Assembly (NCBI RefSeq): GCF_963921235.1
Contig: NC_086097.1
Location: forward strand, 211,546,001 to 211,610,000
Reading direction: 5' to 3'
Origin: Mobula hypostoma
Taxonomy: Eukaryota
Length of the DNA: 64,000 bases
Part shown: positions 1-12,520 of the stretch, one piece after another
Position numbering within the stretch: position 1 is the first letter of the stretch
Layout: every line of letters starts with the position of its first letter
Translations under genes and position numbers: made by a program
Notes under the pieces: generated by a model
The model's input: only the letters and a program-made list of their open reading frames with translations
What the model was told of the DNA's origin: nothing
Databases searched by the model: none

Positions 1-290
1 TTTGAGCTTTCTGTAGGGGTCACTTCCTACATGACTCCCTTGGCCATTCATCCCTCCTCACTGATCTGCCTCCTGGTATATATCCTTGCAAGCAGAACAA
101 GTGCTATACCTCCTCCTTCACTACCTTTCAGGGCCCCAGACAGTCCTTACAGTTGAGCCACCACTTTACCTGGGAGTCTCTTGGGGTCATTTACTGTATC
201 CAGTGCTCCCAGTGTGGCCTCCTGGGGGTGAGCCCCGATGTAGATTGGGAAACCATTTCGCTGAGCACCTACACTCTGTCCACCAGAGAA
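1..290 (+). mobile_element. Degenerate Penelope-like (Neptune) fragment, Zn-linker/GIY-YIG region
   Basis: Collinear with 26100-26380 of this window (ctgatctgcctcctgg...ccttgcaagcagaacaagtgcta...cagggccccagacagtcctt...tactgtatccagtgctccc), with frameshifts. Confidence 0.8.
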
Positions 291-351
291 GGGTGCAAAG
301 GATCTTCAGGAGATGTAGAAAAATGGTAAAACATTAACTGAAAAGTTCAAA

Positions 352-574
352 CAACAGGAATTCTGCAGATGCTGGAAATTCAAGCAACACACATCAAAGT
401 TGCTGGTGAACACAGCAGGCCAGGCAGCATCTCTAGGAAGAGGTACAGTTGATGTTTCAGGCCGAGACCCTTCGTCAGGACTAACGAAGGGTCTCGGCCT
501 GAAAAGTCGATTGTACCTCTTCCTAGAGATGCTGCCTGGCCTGCTGCGTTCACCAGCAACTTTGATGTGTTTTG
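352..574. mobile_element. Fold-back (head-to-head) dimer of PLE 3'-terminal sequence
   Basis: 87-bp inverted arms at 389-475 and 484-570 with an 8-nt spacer. Flanked by a 15-bp direct repeat, actgaaaagttcaaa (337-351) and actgaaaaattcaaa (575-589). The arms match 26859-26993. Confidence 0.85.
446..482 (-). ncRNA. Minimal hammerhead ribozyme motif
   Basis: Reverse complement reads agtc-CTGACGA-agggtctcggcct-GAAA-c-atc-aactg. Confidence 0.65.
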
Positions 575-1005
575 ACTGAAAAATTCAAATCTGTTTTTTG
601 ATGTTGCTCGGACTCAAATGACTGAGTTATGGAGAGAGTTTTTTTTTCTTTGGAACAAAGAATGGGGATGAACTTAGAGGTTCATAAATCATGAAGAGAA
701 TAGGGTCACCTATATGATCAGATATTTTTGTGAACCTATATAATTCAAATGTTAAATTGATCAATAATCATTATTTATAAGTTGCTAGAAATTTGATAGA
801 CCTTGTTCATTTTAGAATTTGTTCTCAGTGGTTGACTTCACATTTTTTATTGTCCAATCTATGGAGAGTAACTTTTGCCTGACCCATACCTGTTTTACAG
901 AACAATCTTTAAAATGTGTGCATATTGGATTTTCAGCTTACCTTTGAGGTTAATTTTTCTCCCACAGTCCGAGAATTCAAAGCAAGAGAGAGCTGATCAA
1001 TGCTG

Positions 1006-1260
1006 ATATGTTTCGTAATTTCAAAACATTAAACTAATTCAAAGGAAGACATGGGAGTCCAAAGCGTGGGTAGAACTGAATGTTTACTTTAAGCGAGATG
1101 CGCACATAATCACATGGTAGCGTGATGATATATGCATTTTGTGTATTTATACACCTAACCCGTAATGAGTTATTTAAAGGAACAAGAAATCTTAATCAAA
1201 TATGTATGTATATATTTTCAATATTTCAAATTTTGTGAAAGAGCCTTCTTTAAATTCACA
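1006..1260 (-). mobile_element. Probable LTR remnant related to the Gypsy LTR at 38821-40411
   Basis: Shared start (tgatatgtttcgtaatttcaaaacattaaactaatt vs tgttttgtaactccaaaatataaaactaatt) and shared internal blocks (catggt.gc.t.atga..tatgc; aagaa...cttaatcaa). Right end not resolved. Confidence 0.45.
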
Positions 1261-2379
1261 GATATTCTGCGGTCAGCAACGGCAAGCTAATATCCAGGAT
1301 TACTTTCAATCTGCTTCTTGTTTCTTGAGAACTGGTTTTACCATTTGTTGCTTAAGCACCTGTGATTCTATCTGGTTGGACAAAATATTACTAATAGATT
1401 TTACTTTTGGTAGAACTCGTCAATATTCCAGAATCACCCTTGTTTTATGACTTTCACTGTAAACTATTCTTCCTTTTTCCCTCCACTGGCATAATTCATA
1501 TAATAAGCTTGTACATTTTCCTTGCTTAAATTAAGATTCCACACTGCCTTGCCTCTGACAATCTCTCATTCCTGTCTCATCTACCTTTGTGTTTTCTCTG
1601 TGTCCATCTTATCCATGGGTACCATCAAATGCCTTGAACAAGTTACACCAGCTGTCTTCTTTGACTTTCTGTTGCTTGATATAGCCAGTGTTTCTGCCTC
1701 TTCAGGTGTTCCTTGGACATCTCTAGTGTCTAAGCCTGTCTGATCCCTCTATCCACACCAATATTCCCTGACACATTGCCTCCCAAAACCTTTCTCACAA
1801 GTGGACATTTGAGCACACCCAATCCAGTACCTACCCTGCTACGGCCAAAATGTCTCTTACTGAAGCCCTGTAACATCTCAAGTAATCTAATCTGGAAAAC
1901 TATTGTTTGTCCTTTGGAATTCCTCAGAGATCAATATTTTCTCTCTTCCCCCTCCTCTTATACATACTGCTTCTCAGGAAAAGCACCCTAAAAACTGTAA
2001 TGCCAGGTTCACAGAGCTAACTTAGTTGGAATTAAGTGCTTCAGCACAGTGTCTCTTGGTTCTTCCACTGTCTTGATTTTGTTGCACCACTGACCTGATT
2101 AATAATAACAAATGAGCTGAAATGATCTTACATTAAATAAAGACTTGAAGCTCAGGTTGTGTCAGAAATTTCACAACCAGCCACTGCACCCTTTCCACCC
2201 TCTGTCATTTGTATGAGACTGAACCACCCATTCATAATCTTTGGAATCTTTTTAGACCATACTTTCAACTTGTGACCTATTGCCTTTCCATTACAAAACA
2301 TGCCCACTTCAACCTCTAACACCTAATTAACCCCCCTGCCTTTGGATTTTGTTCTACTGCAGTCATTACTTGCATCTGG

Positions 2380-2800
2380 ACTCCCCCTGGTTTTCCACAT
2401 GCATCTTGTACTAATGTGAACATCCAAAACTCAGCTGCCAGTAGTTCTCACTTGCGTCACATCTCACTTGAGCTCGTAAATTAATATGGGACAATAACAA
2501 GATTATGCTTTGATTTTAAACTCGTCCTGATTTTCAAATCCCTCATGGCCTTAATTTTGCCTGCCTCACTAATCTCCAGTTGACGACCCTTCCTGGATCT
2601 CTGCTCTTCTCACGCCTTCTGCACATCTGTTTTAAATAGTTCTTCGTTGGGAACTGCGCTGGTGTTTGTCAAGATCTGAGTCCTTGGGACCCCCCCCCCC
2701 CCCACCCGCCTCCCACTTGCTCTTATCTTCTTTCCAAACTTTAAATTTTGCCTCTGACCAAGTTCTTGCCTAACTGATCAAATTCTTTTGATCAAAGCAA
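2380..2800 (+). mobile_element. Old L2-like LINE 3' fragment
   Basis: Degenerate IQNSAA..L (atccaaaactcagctgcc) and FK...IFKSL-HGL (tttaaactcgtcctgattttcaaatccctcatggcc) motifs typical of the L2 ORF2 C-terminus. Confidence 0.5.
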
Positions 2801-2926
2801 AATTTGTTTGATAAAACTCTTGTAATACCCTGGGATATTTCAGAAAACTATATGCAATTGTGGTACAAATATGGAAGAGAAGTATTTTTTGTGCAGTTAT
2901 ATTCCTTATTTTTTTTGTTTCCTTAG

Positions 2927-2999
2927 GGTTTCATCGGCTGCAGCAATATATTCAAGGTGAAGTGCCCCTACGCATCACGCCTTCGTCACTGTGGTTATG
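2927..2999 (+). CDS. Candidate internal exon (73 nt) of an unidentified host gene
   Basis: Strong acceptor ttttttttgtttccttag| and consensus donor G|gtgagt. CpG-rich, non-repetitive. Two frames are open (GFIGCSNIFKVKCPYASRLRHCGY and FHRLQQYIQGEVPLRITPSSLWL). Confidence 0.5.
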
Positions 3000-3026
3000 G
3001 TGAGTTTTCTTGACAGTAATTTCTGA

Positions 3027-3285
3027 ACAACACATGCAAAATGCAGGAGGAACTCGGGTCAGGCAGAATCTATGGAAATGAGTAAATGGTCAATGTTTCG
3101 GGCTGAGACCCTTCAGCATAACAGAAAGGAAGGTGGAAAAGGCCAGAATAAGAAGGTGGGTAGGAGGACAAGCTAGAAGGTGATAGGTGAAGACAGGTAT
3201 GTGGGGGGAGGGGGAATGAAGTGAGAAGCAGGAGGTGATAGGTATAAAATATAAAGGGCTGGAGAAGAAGGATCCTGATAGGAGA
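3027..3285 (-). mobile_element. PLE 3' end with degenerate hammerhead (about 3088-3118)
   Basis: aaatgcaggaggaactc...gtttcgggctgagacccttcagca followed by the purine-rich 3' UTR complement, as at 48117-48470. Confidence 0.7.
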
Positions 3286-3287
3286 GA

Positions 3288-3402
3288 ATTTGAAGGACAG
3301 GACTTTCAAGGTTGTGATCTCAGGATTGCTACCCGTGCCAGGTACTAGTGAGGCCAGAGATAGGAAGATCATACAGTTTAACACGTGGCTAAGGAACTGG
3401 TA
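3288..3402 (+). mobile_element. CR1 ORF1 (SGNH/GDSL esterase) fragment
   Basis: Translates LKDRTFKVVISGLLPVPGTSEARDRKIIQFNTWLRNW. Confidence 0.65.
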
Positions 3403-3975
3403 GGTTTAGGAAGCAAATTCCTTCAATCCACAGCTGAATGGGTGGGACTGGAATAAAGGTAGTAAGTATACAAAGCCTGAATAGGAGCATCAGACCAGGG
3501 TTGTCTTTGTTAAGAAGGCACTTTGACTAGGAATGAATTTGATGAGAATTTTAAAATAGTAGTTGTTTGATGGGACTTAAGTGCACTTGGCCTATCCACC
3601 ATCCATCAAGAATACAGAGGCTTAAGTGAGTCGGTGCATGATCTTTCAGGCTTTACTACACTTTGTTTGAGGCTTCAAGGCTACATAAAGGTAAACGTGT
3701 CATTAATAAATAGCGTAACAGGACACATTGCAGGGGTTGCTGGGCTGTGTAACTTGGAGGGCCTGTTCTCAGCTGTATAATAAAATAAAATTTTTAAAAA
3801 TATAGGTTTCACTTACGGAAGAGCAATTTCAAATTATTTCTAAGTATAATATTTTAATATTTAATAAGATTGATTAAAGATTAAAATTTACCACAATGCA
3901 TCTTTATAAACTGTTGTATTCATAGTGTTTTATGTTCAGCTGAGGCCAAATGTGACAAATTTGTCAGACAAGAGT

Positions 3976-5492
3976 CAAAGTTGAAGGTAAATTTACTTCC
4001 AAAGTACATGTATGTCACCATATACAACCTTGAGATTCATTTTCTTGTGGACGTACTCAGTAAATTCAAGAAACACAATAGAATCAGTGAAAGACCACGC
4101 CCTACAGGGTGGACAAACACCCAATGTGAAAAAGACAACAAACTGCAAATATGAAAGAGAAAATATAACTAAGCATTAAATACTGAGAATATGAGATAAA
4201 GAATCCTTGAAATTGAGTCCCTAGGTTACGGGAACATTTCAGTGATGGGGCAAGTGATGTTATCCCCTTTGGCTTAAGATGGTTGAGGGGTAGTAGCTGT
4301 TCCTGAACCTGGTATTGTGGGTCCTGAGGCTTCTGTGCCTCCTTCCTTATAGCAGCAGGAAGAAGAGAGCATGGCCTGGATGTTGGGGGCCCTTGATGAT
4401 GGATCCTGTTTTCCTGTGACAGCGCTCCATGTAAATGTATTCAATGGTTGGGAAGGCTTTAACTGTAATGGACTGGGCTGTATTAACTACAATTTGTAGG
4501 ATTTTCTGTTCAAGGGCATTGGTGTTTCCATACCAGGTTGTGATACAGCCAATCTTCACCACACATCTATAGAAGTTTGTCAAGATTTTCAATGTCATGC
4601 CAAACTTTCGCAAACTTTTAAGGAAGTAGTAAAGCTGTCATGCTTTCTTTGTAATTGCACTTGCATGCTGGGCCAAGGACAGATCCTGAGAAATAGTAAC
4701 ACTGAGGAATTTAAAGTTGCTGACACTCTCCACCTCTGATCTCAATGAGGTCTGGCTCATGGACCTCCACTTCCCTCTGCCTGAAGTCAATAATCAGCTC
4801 GTTGTTCTTGCTGACATTGTGTGAGAGGTTGTTGTTGTGGCACCACCCAGCCAGATTTTCATTCCACCTCTTATTTGCTGATTTATCACCACCTTGGATT
4901 CGGCCATCGGCAATGGTGTCATTAGCAAACTTGAATATAGCACTGGAGCTGTGCTTAGCCACACAATTGTAAGTGTAAAGCGAGCAGAGCGTGAGGTTAA
5001 CCACACGGCCTTGTTGTGCACCTGTGCTGATCTAGATTGTGGAGGAGATGTTGGCAATTTGAACTAACTGGGGTCTGCAAGTGAGGAAATTAAGGTTCTA
5101 ATTGCACAAGGAGGTGTTGATGCCAAGGTTTTGAAGCTTATTGATTAGCTTTGAGGGGATGATGGTATTGAATGCTGATCTGTGGTTGGTAAAGAACATC
5201 CTGATGTGTGCATCTTTGCTGTCCAGATGTTCCTGGGTTAATTGAAGAGCCAATGAGATGGCATCTGCTGTGGACCTCTAATGCCAGTAGGCAAATTGGA
5301 GTGGATCCAAGTCTCTTGTCAGGCAGGTGTTGATGTGTTTAATCGCCAGCCTCTCCAAACACTTCAACACAGCGGATGTAAGTGCCTCTGGATGATAGTC
5401 ACTGAGGCAGGTCACCACATTCTTCTTGGGCACCAGAATAATTGAAGCCTGCTTGAAGCAGATGGGTAACTCAGACTGCTGAAGCAAGAGCT
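3976..5492 (-). mobile_element. Rex1/Babar-type LINE, degenerate RT and 3' end
   Basis: ORF pieces CFKQASIILVPKK..LKCLERL..DLDPLQFAY, IFKFANDT (FADD-like) and NFYRCVV..CITTWYGN..HPGHALF. Confidence 0.85.
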
Positions 5493-6834
5493 TGAATAAA
5501 GCAATTACTTAAATTTGTCCCCTGTTAGGCTTTGTTTATGACTTGTGCTGTGTGACCGATTTCTTGTCGAGCCATGTACTGTATGTAGTGCTTTCACAGC
5601 TGCTTTTTTTGTTGCACATTGAGCTCTGCAGTGTAAAAGATTCAGTATATTCAAAAAAAAACTGACTGGTTAGTGTTACTTGGCACTACTGCATGCCAAC
5701 CTTTCATAGCAATTATGTTAAAAGAAATACTCAATAATTAGTATGATAAATAACATATTTTAAAATTGCATGTTACCTTCAATAATTTAAAAAAAAACAC
5801 AAACAGCTTGTGGAGGCTAACTGCTGGAATGTACTTTCTGCCAATACAGTCAGCAGGATGCAAATCTATGGGTCTCTATCTTTCCTCAACGAAGAGGATT
5901 TTGGGCAAGCTCCATTATAATTTTGTGGGGTAACATTTGTAGTCGGTTCATGGATTGTACTTAAAGCATTGAGACTAGCCTGACTAACAGGTTGCATGTA
6001 AGAAATTGCCCTTCAGTTTTGGTCACTGTTTTTAATTTGATCGCCATATGCAATGCGTAATGGGAATGAAAGCAATGATACTTGGGTGAGGGTGATTGGA
6101 GGCAGGACTTAAGTAGACAGGAGCATGCAGAAGTCATTAAGTCCCCAATTGAATTCATCTTGTATATGTTTTTATTAAATTCCTGTCTAAGTGAACATGC
6201 CATGTTGCTATTACACCCTCCTACAAGCATTAAGTGTGATCTCATTGAAGCATTTTAAAGAAGCATGATTTGATCCCTTATTTAACAGATAGCACTAGTC
6301 ATCTTGGAAGATGAAGTACCTTGGATGCTGTCTTTTAACTTGGAAATTATTAAAACTCTTAACTTTCAAACTGTTCTTATAGACGGTAATAGGCTTGAGA
6401 AGTGTTTCCTTTTGCTTTAGTAGTGTTTATAATCTTTTAAACACAATGAATTGCATCATGCATGCCTGTACCTGATTGGCATGCTGTATTAGTATGGTTA
6501 CGTGAGGCTTTGTGAACTCAATTTACTTCAGTGTTTTAAAGTTAATAAAAATATGTTTGAAGACCTGGTTGTTGATATTTTTAAAGTGGTGTGTATGGCA
6601 TCTCCCCATGAAGCCAGTTGGAGCACTCCTGCAAGAGTTGTGATGTGTCCAGTATGGTTTACTCTGACCTGCTTAAATGTTCCAGATGTTACATTTGATC
6701 AAAACAGCAGGGAGGTTTAGAGCAGTTGGGGAAAGATAGTGCTGAAATGCTGGTCTAACCACTTTAGGCTTAAACACTATACATTTTAAATACCTAAATC
6801 CATTTTTACAGATATTTTAATGATTTGATGCCAG

Positions 6835-6909
6835 GCTTTTACAATTGTCTTGGACAGACGTGATTTTCGGATAGCAAAAACACAGAATTTGCAGATTGCT
6901 CGGTCTGCG
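6835..6909 (+). CDS. Candidate internal exon (75 nt, phase 0-0)
   Basis: gatgccag| acceptor and CG|gtatgt donor. Open frame AFTIVLDRRDFRIAKTQNLQIARSA. The alternative, stronger acceptor ttttacag| at 6811 gives a 98-nt exon with stops in all three frames. Confidence 0.35.
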
Positions 6910-7660
6910 GTATGTATAGTGGACGTTTAGAATGATCCCTTGTGCATTCAGTTGTCATGGAAACACATTTTTGATTTCAAAGCCGCTGGACTAGTTTCAA
7001 GCACTTGAACACACTAACTGTAGGCCTAGTTCTGAATTTTTCTAGATCTCTGAGCATTTAGGTAATCGATATATTTATTGGTGAAGCTTTAATGTACCTT
7101 TCTTCCTTCAGTTTGCATTTTACAGGTCAGCAAGAACAAATTGGCTGCAGAGTAAAAACCAATTTCAAAGAGGGAATTTTGCACTTGCTGAGTAATCTCT
7201 ATGAATAGCTGTATCAAGATAATTGCAGCTTGTCCCGTGCTTAGAAAGCTGAGAATTTACAGATTAGCTGATATTTTCCCCCTTCAGTGCAATATAGATT
7301 GTTCATTACTGACGAGATACCTATTGCTCAGTGGAGAGCCATGTTAATGCATCTGTCAAGAGGTTCTCTAGTTCATTGTGATTTCTAGTCTCTTATTTAT
7401 CAGCCTTTTGGTTTAAGCACTTAAAGATGGGTCAGTTTGATAAGGAGTACCTAGTATTTTTTTGCCTATTACTTGCTGCCTCATTTTCCCCACTCTATTA
7501 AAGCTGCTATAAATGATAACTTGAGCAGGCAAATAGTGAGGGCCATCATCTTTCTGTTTAATGTTTAATTTACTGTGTAAATTTTGAGATGTGGGCTTTT
7601 TTTCTATTAGTTTTTTGATTGTTTGGTGCTTCTGATGGGACAATTAAGTTAAAGAAATAA

Positions 7661-7830
7661 CTAGTTGATATTTCAGGCTAAAACCTTCGTCAGGACTTTG
7701 CCTAAAAGTATTGGCACGAACTGTCAACTATTCATTCCTTTCCATAGTTGCTGCCCAATCTGCTGAGTTTCTTCATCACTTTGTGTGTGTTGCTGTGGAT
7801 TTCCAGCATCTGCAAAATCTCTTGTGTTTA
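7661..7830. mobile_element. Degenerate inverted PLE-terminus pair with a minus-strand hammerhead motif (7661-7697)
   Basis: Reverse complement agtc-CTGACGA-aggttttagcct-GAAA-tatc-aact, followed by the + strand tail gctgcccaatctgctgagtt...tttccagcatctgca. Confidence 0.65.
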
Positions 7831-9435
7831 AATAAGAAATGCCAACTGTCTGTATTCCCCAACGTTAATATTTCCACAGTGTAAACTTTATTTCAACTAT
7901 GAATTTAGTTTGCTAAATGTGTGGTGGTCATACAGGAAATGTTAGAAAAACATCAGCAGAAAAATATCTTAAATGAAATTGTACTTTTTAAAGTTACATT
8001 TTTTAAAGTTTAATACAATGTAGATATTGTAATGTTGGGAAGCATTGTTTCTCAACAATTACAAAATGGAGTGAAGGTTGGAGCTCAGTTTTTTTCTTGA
8101 GTTGTAGGTGAATTTATTCTGAAATATAGTACTAATTTTGGAAAATACTAGCTATAATCCCATTCCACAGAAACATTTAAGTTGTAAGTAATTAATGGTG
8201 CAGGGACATATTAGTAAATGGAACGTTTGAGTAGCAATGAATTCATTTCCATTTAAAAACACAAACTGCTGATTCCAAATAAAACTAGGATTTTGTTTTT
8301 TGTAACCGCTTCGGAACCTGTGTATGACCTTTGGTTCTCAAAATAAAGTAAATATCAGTTTACTGTGTTCGAAGCGATCAGCATAGACTGACCTTGAGTT
8401 GTGATTGTTTCTTTAAACCACCTTTTATTCTCTTTATTTTCTTTTTGAAAAGATGATTTAAACATAATTCTGACAACCCTTCCTGGTCTTGTTTGTGTAG
8501 CCTGGTGGCCTTCCTGGGAACTATTATCTCTTTTTTAAAAGCTCAAATACTTCCAAGAAATTCATATGAACACAAGGAAGCATTTCTATATTGTGCTTGA
8601 AGCACTGTATCATAGAATTAACAGCTCAACACGTATTTCAAGTTTTGGGATCTTGCCATTTATGAAGAGTGCTAATAAAAGCCCTTTTTGCTTCATTTGG
8701 AGAACGATAAATTTGTAGGTTTTCTTGCCCTCTTCAGATTTCTGTATCCCAGGCCTCATGAAGCAACTGAATGTAGTTTTTGAGGACTTTAAAACAAAGT
8801 TACAGATTTTGCCTCCATTGGCAGAGGGAATTAAAAGGACTTGAAAATCAGAATCACACTGATTCACCAAATGGTCTGTTTTTTTTATTACCTCATGATT
8901 GTAGTTATTTGATTTCTAATTAACGTGGGTGTGTGCAATGTCTGGCTAGGGCAGAACTCACAGCCTACTTGCTGCTATGAACTTGTTTTGGAACTTCATT
9001 GTTCAGAAATGTTAAGTGATAAAATAAGCTCACCTCCTGACATCCCAAAGCTCTTCCACTATCTACAGTGTGCAATTTGGAAGTGTGAAGTGGTACAGCA
9101 TGTGATTGGATGAATGTGGCTCCAATAATACTCTGCATCCAAGGAAAGCAGTCCACTCAATTAAAATACCATCCACCATTTTAAGTGTTCATTCCCAATA
9201 TCAAGACTTGCAGTGTGTACCATTTACAAAAATAATCAGTCTATATTCCAGCAGCATTTCCCAAATTTGTAACCTCTCCCATACAGAGAGAGATATCCTG
9301 TGGAAGCTTATCTCCTCCAAGTTCTGTAACATCTATATCACAACGAAGTCCAAATCTGGACTTTGTTATCTAATAGCATTACGGTAGTCCTTTCACCAGA
9401 AGTATTGCAGGGGTCAAGAAGCTGGCTCAAAAGAC

Positions 9436-10036
9436 TGTTGTTGCGTGATTGAAATCACCGGAGAGAGAGTTACTGGTATATACAAAGCTGCTTCTTTATT
9501 CTACAAAACAAGGTACAGCAGGCATACGGAGACCCGTTCGGTAGAAAGGTCTGCTGCCCAATGTGGGGCTGTATTTATTTGCTACCCACAAAGGACAATT
9601 CCATATTTACAAAGATAAGACAATGCTGTCTTTTGAAGCTACATACAAACTACACACCTCCAGATTACAGCCATCCCACCAGTGCCAGCAGCATCTGGAC
9701 TGGTATTCAGGTATCCAGTGTTCCAAACTGAATCCACAATACATTTATTTGGTATTTTACGTGCTTAACATGAAGGACAATCCATATTTATGAAGTATAG
9801 ATAATGCTGTCTTTGAAACTACTTGCAAACCTCACACCTCCTGGTTTACATCCATCCCACAGGCACCAGCAGCATCTGGACTGGTATTCCAGTATTCACA
9901 GCTTTTAGGAAATGCATTGTTACAAATGGACTGGGATTCTGATATTCATAGCTTTTAGGAAATGCATTGTCAAGGAACAGAAGACTGGTGGCTGAAGCCA
10001 TTTACTAAATGTTAATGACCTAAACCCAAAAAAACA
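9436..10036 (-). mobile_element. Solo LTR (601 bp) with 5-bp TSD
   Basis: Begins TGTT and ends AACA. Flanked by AAGAC at 9431-9435 and 10037-10041. AATAAA on the minus strand near 9495-9500. Internal tandem duplications. Confidence 0.75.
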
Positions 10037-10779
10037 AAGACCAATAAAGATTCGGAACTAAGTGCTGTCTTCACTTATGATACCCACAATATAAAATGTT
10101 TACATTTTTTTAAAGCCATCGCCTGTTTAAATATGAAATTCCACAAAAATGACCAATGAGCATCAATTTCACTGAACCACTGCTCCATCATCCAGTGGGA
10201 AATGGATTTGTTACAGGCAAACGATAAATAAAGAATTAGTTAGGTTTGAGAAGAAATGTTATTGGCAGCAAAAATTTAAACCTACTCTCAGAAACACTGA
10301 TTTGACGTTATTTCAAAAATAATGGCTCAGAATTTTCCTGAGGAAGGACCACCACCTGTGTTCTCTGCTCACTGTCCCACACTTGGTTAATTCAGGTCTA
10401 TAAAGCTGAACACTTTGGCTAATAGCATCCTGGATATGGTTAGCGGGCCTATGTCATGGCCTTGTGCATCATAATTGGGTCAGCTGGTTAGAACGGAAAT
10501 CTTCACCTGCCAGAACAAAACTTGTGCCAGATGACAGAGCCAGGCATACTGCTTTCCCATCTGTCAAAGCTGTCAATAATTTTAATTTATTGTCTTTGAG
10601 ACAATTATTTAATGAAATTACATATTTAAGGTCTGAAAAGCTACTAAACATGATTTGATGAACCCACCTAAAATACAAGCAATTAATTAAATCTACAAAT
10701 GCAAGTAGTTCATTTTTTTAAGCAGTGAAGTCTGCATTAGACCCAAATCTTGCCTTCCTTGCAGATTTAAAATCTGAAA

Positions 10780-11160
10780 AAGGTTCAAATGTTCGATTTA
10801 TTGTCAAACTACGCATGTACAGTACAACACTGATATTTGTCTTCTCCAGATAGTCATGAAATACAGGAAGGCCATGGGTGTTAATGAAAGAAAGACATCA
10901 AATTTTCTTCTCTCCCCCCCCCCCCCAGGAAAAAGATAAGAACCGCAACTGGAAGATCCCAAAATCCTCACATACTGTAGCAAAAAGCCACCACAATAAT
11001 GATCACTTACCCCCTACCCATAACAACCCCCGGCCCCCTCATTCACAGAAAGGAACAGCAATAGTAGCAAACCCCCAACACCCCTGCCAACACAAATTAA
11101 GAGATCATCCACAAGAAATAAAACACCAAAAAAACTGAAGGAATCTAATATAAGGTACAC
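10780..11160 (-). mobile_element. Non-coding LINE-tail/SINE-like repeat (Rex-associated 3' tail)
   Basis: tttgtcttctccagatagtcatgaaatacagga is the reverse complement of 54238-54272. A related copy lies near 55380-55450. Confidence 0.55.
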
Positions 11161-12007
11161 CCCAATAATTTCATAAATCTCAGAATATGGGAAACATCTT
11201 TTTGCTGCATATGAGGATCCAGGATGTTGACATATAGAATAGAAATATTCACTGTCAACAAACTTACAATACATTTGAGGCTTCCATATTAAAGTGTGAA
11301 CTCATCTTTTTTAGAAAATTAATAATTTGAAGGTTATTTTTGATTTTTTTCTTATTTTTCACCGAGTTATAAACTGATTTTTTTTTCTCACTATCCTTTT
11401 AAAAGAAGGTTATGTCAGTGAGGTCTTGTGTGTGCACAAGATGTATAGTAACAGAGCTCTGCGTCTGAGCGAGCCCAACATGCTGCAGCACCGCAGACCA
11501 ATTTGCTTCCTTTTGGGTAGGGCAGCAGATTGTCAGCTGCAAGTAGGCCTTGGGTGGTGTAGTCTAAAACCTTGCTCCCCAGCATCTGTGTCAGAACTGA
11601 AATTGGCAGGGATGGTACTTTTAAATCCTGTAAGGAGTTTAGTTTTTAAATGTTTCTGATGCTCGGAGTCTTTTTGAAGAAGAGTAAAATTCAAGTAACA
11701 AAAAAAATCATTAAAATTAAACCAAGTTGCTTTCAACCCTGTCTTCTAATTGCAAACTTAAAATCCCCATTGAAATCAATAGTGTTAGATGTGATGCTAC
11801 ACCAGATCTGTACAGGAGGTGGGTGGTGGGCTCGGAATTCCGCAAGATTGGGCTCTGCTGCTGGGAAATCATTTGGAGTCCAGTAATGGAATAATTTTGC
11901 CTGATGAAGCGCCATCTGCTACTCAGTAAGTCTTGAACTTCTGCATGCACCATCGAATGTGAGCATCCAAAATGAACTGCCATTTTTGACACAAAAAAGC
12001 TCATGGC

Positions 12008-12520
12008 TTCAAAGTTAATTTATTATCAAAGTTTCCATACTATATACAACCTTGAGATTCGTCTCTTTATAGGCAGCCACAAAACCATTTTAAAAAAAGG
12101 CTGTCAAACACCAAACCTGCAGGAAAAAAATCAGATCATGCAAGCAATAAAAGTAAGCAAATACATTCAGAACTGAAGTTCACAAAAGTGGGCTCACAGC
12201 CACAAAATCAGTCATCACTGAAGAGCTCATTTGTTATAAACCCACGGCCTCAGTTCAACATAGAGACGAGTAAACCTCGTTTCAGGTCCCAACGCCTCAA
12301 TTCACCCCGTACACACCACACCGCAACTATCCTGCATCTTCAAGACTTGAGTTCATACAGCAAAAATGCTAGGTTGTACTGGCGGTTCAACAGCTCAACT
12401 CCGAAAGAAGTTACAGGCTATTGCATTTGGAAAAAAAAGTGTGATTAATACAGTAATTTTTTGTTTTATTTGCTACCTGCAAGTCGCCACTGTGCTTCAC
12501 CAGCGCCATCTTAAACTGAA
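12008..12520 (-). mobile_element. Rex-like non-coding 3' tail repeat
   Basis: ttcaaagttaatttattatcaaag...tatacaaccttgagattc terminus shared with 3976, 50878 and 53247. The body matches 57090-57790. Confidence 0.6.

Noticed and set aside
1260..1800. Purine-rich minus-strand stretch resembling decayed coding sequence
   Set aside because: No sustained ORF or recognisable motif, so it cannot be assigned.
2689..2712. Poly-C/G-quadruplex-like tracts (also about 10914, 14793, 43770)
   Set aside because: Simple homopolymers, mostly within TE tails, with no supporting structure.
2958..2960. Selenocysteine codon in the candidate exon
   Set aside because: The context resembles no selenoprotein motif I know, no SECIS is identifiable, and two other frames are open.
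9591..9971. CRISPR-like or satellite array
   Set aside because: Only two-copy duplications inside an LTR, with no repeat-spacer periodicity, in a eukaryotic context.
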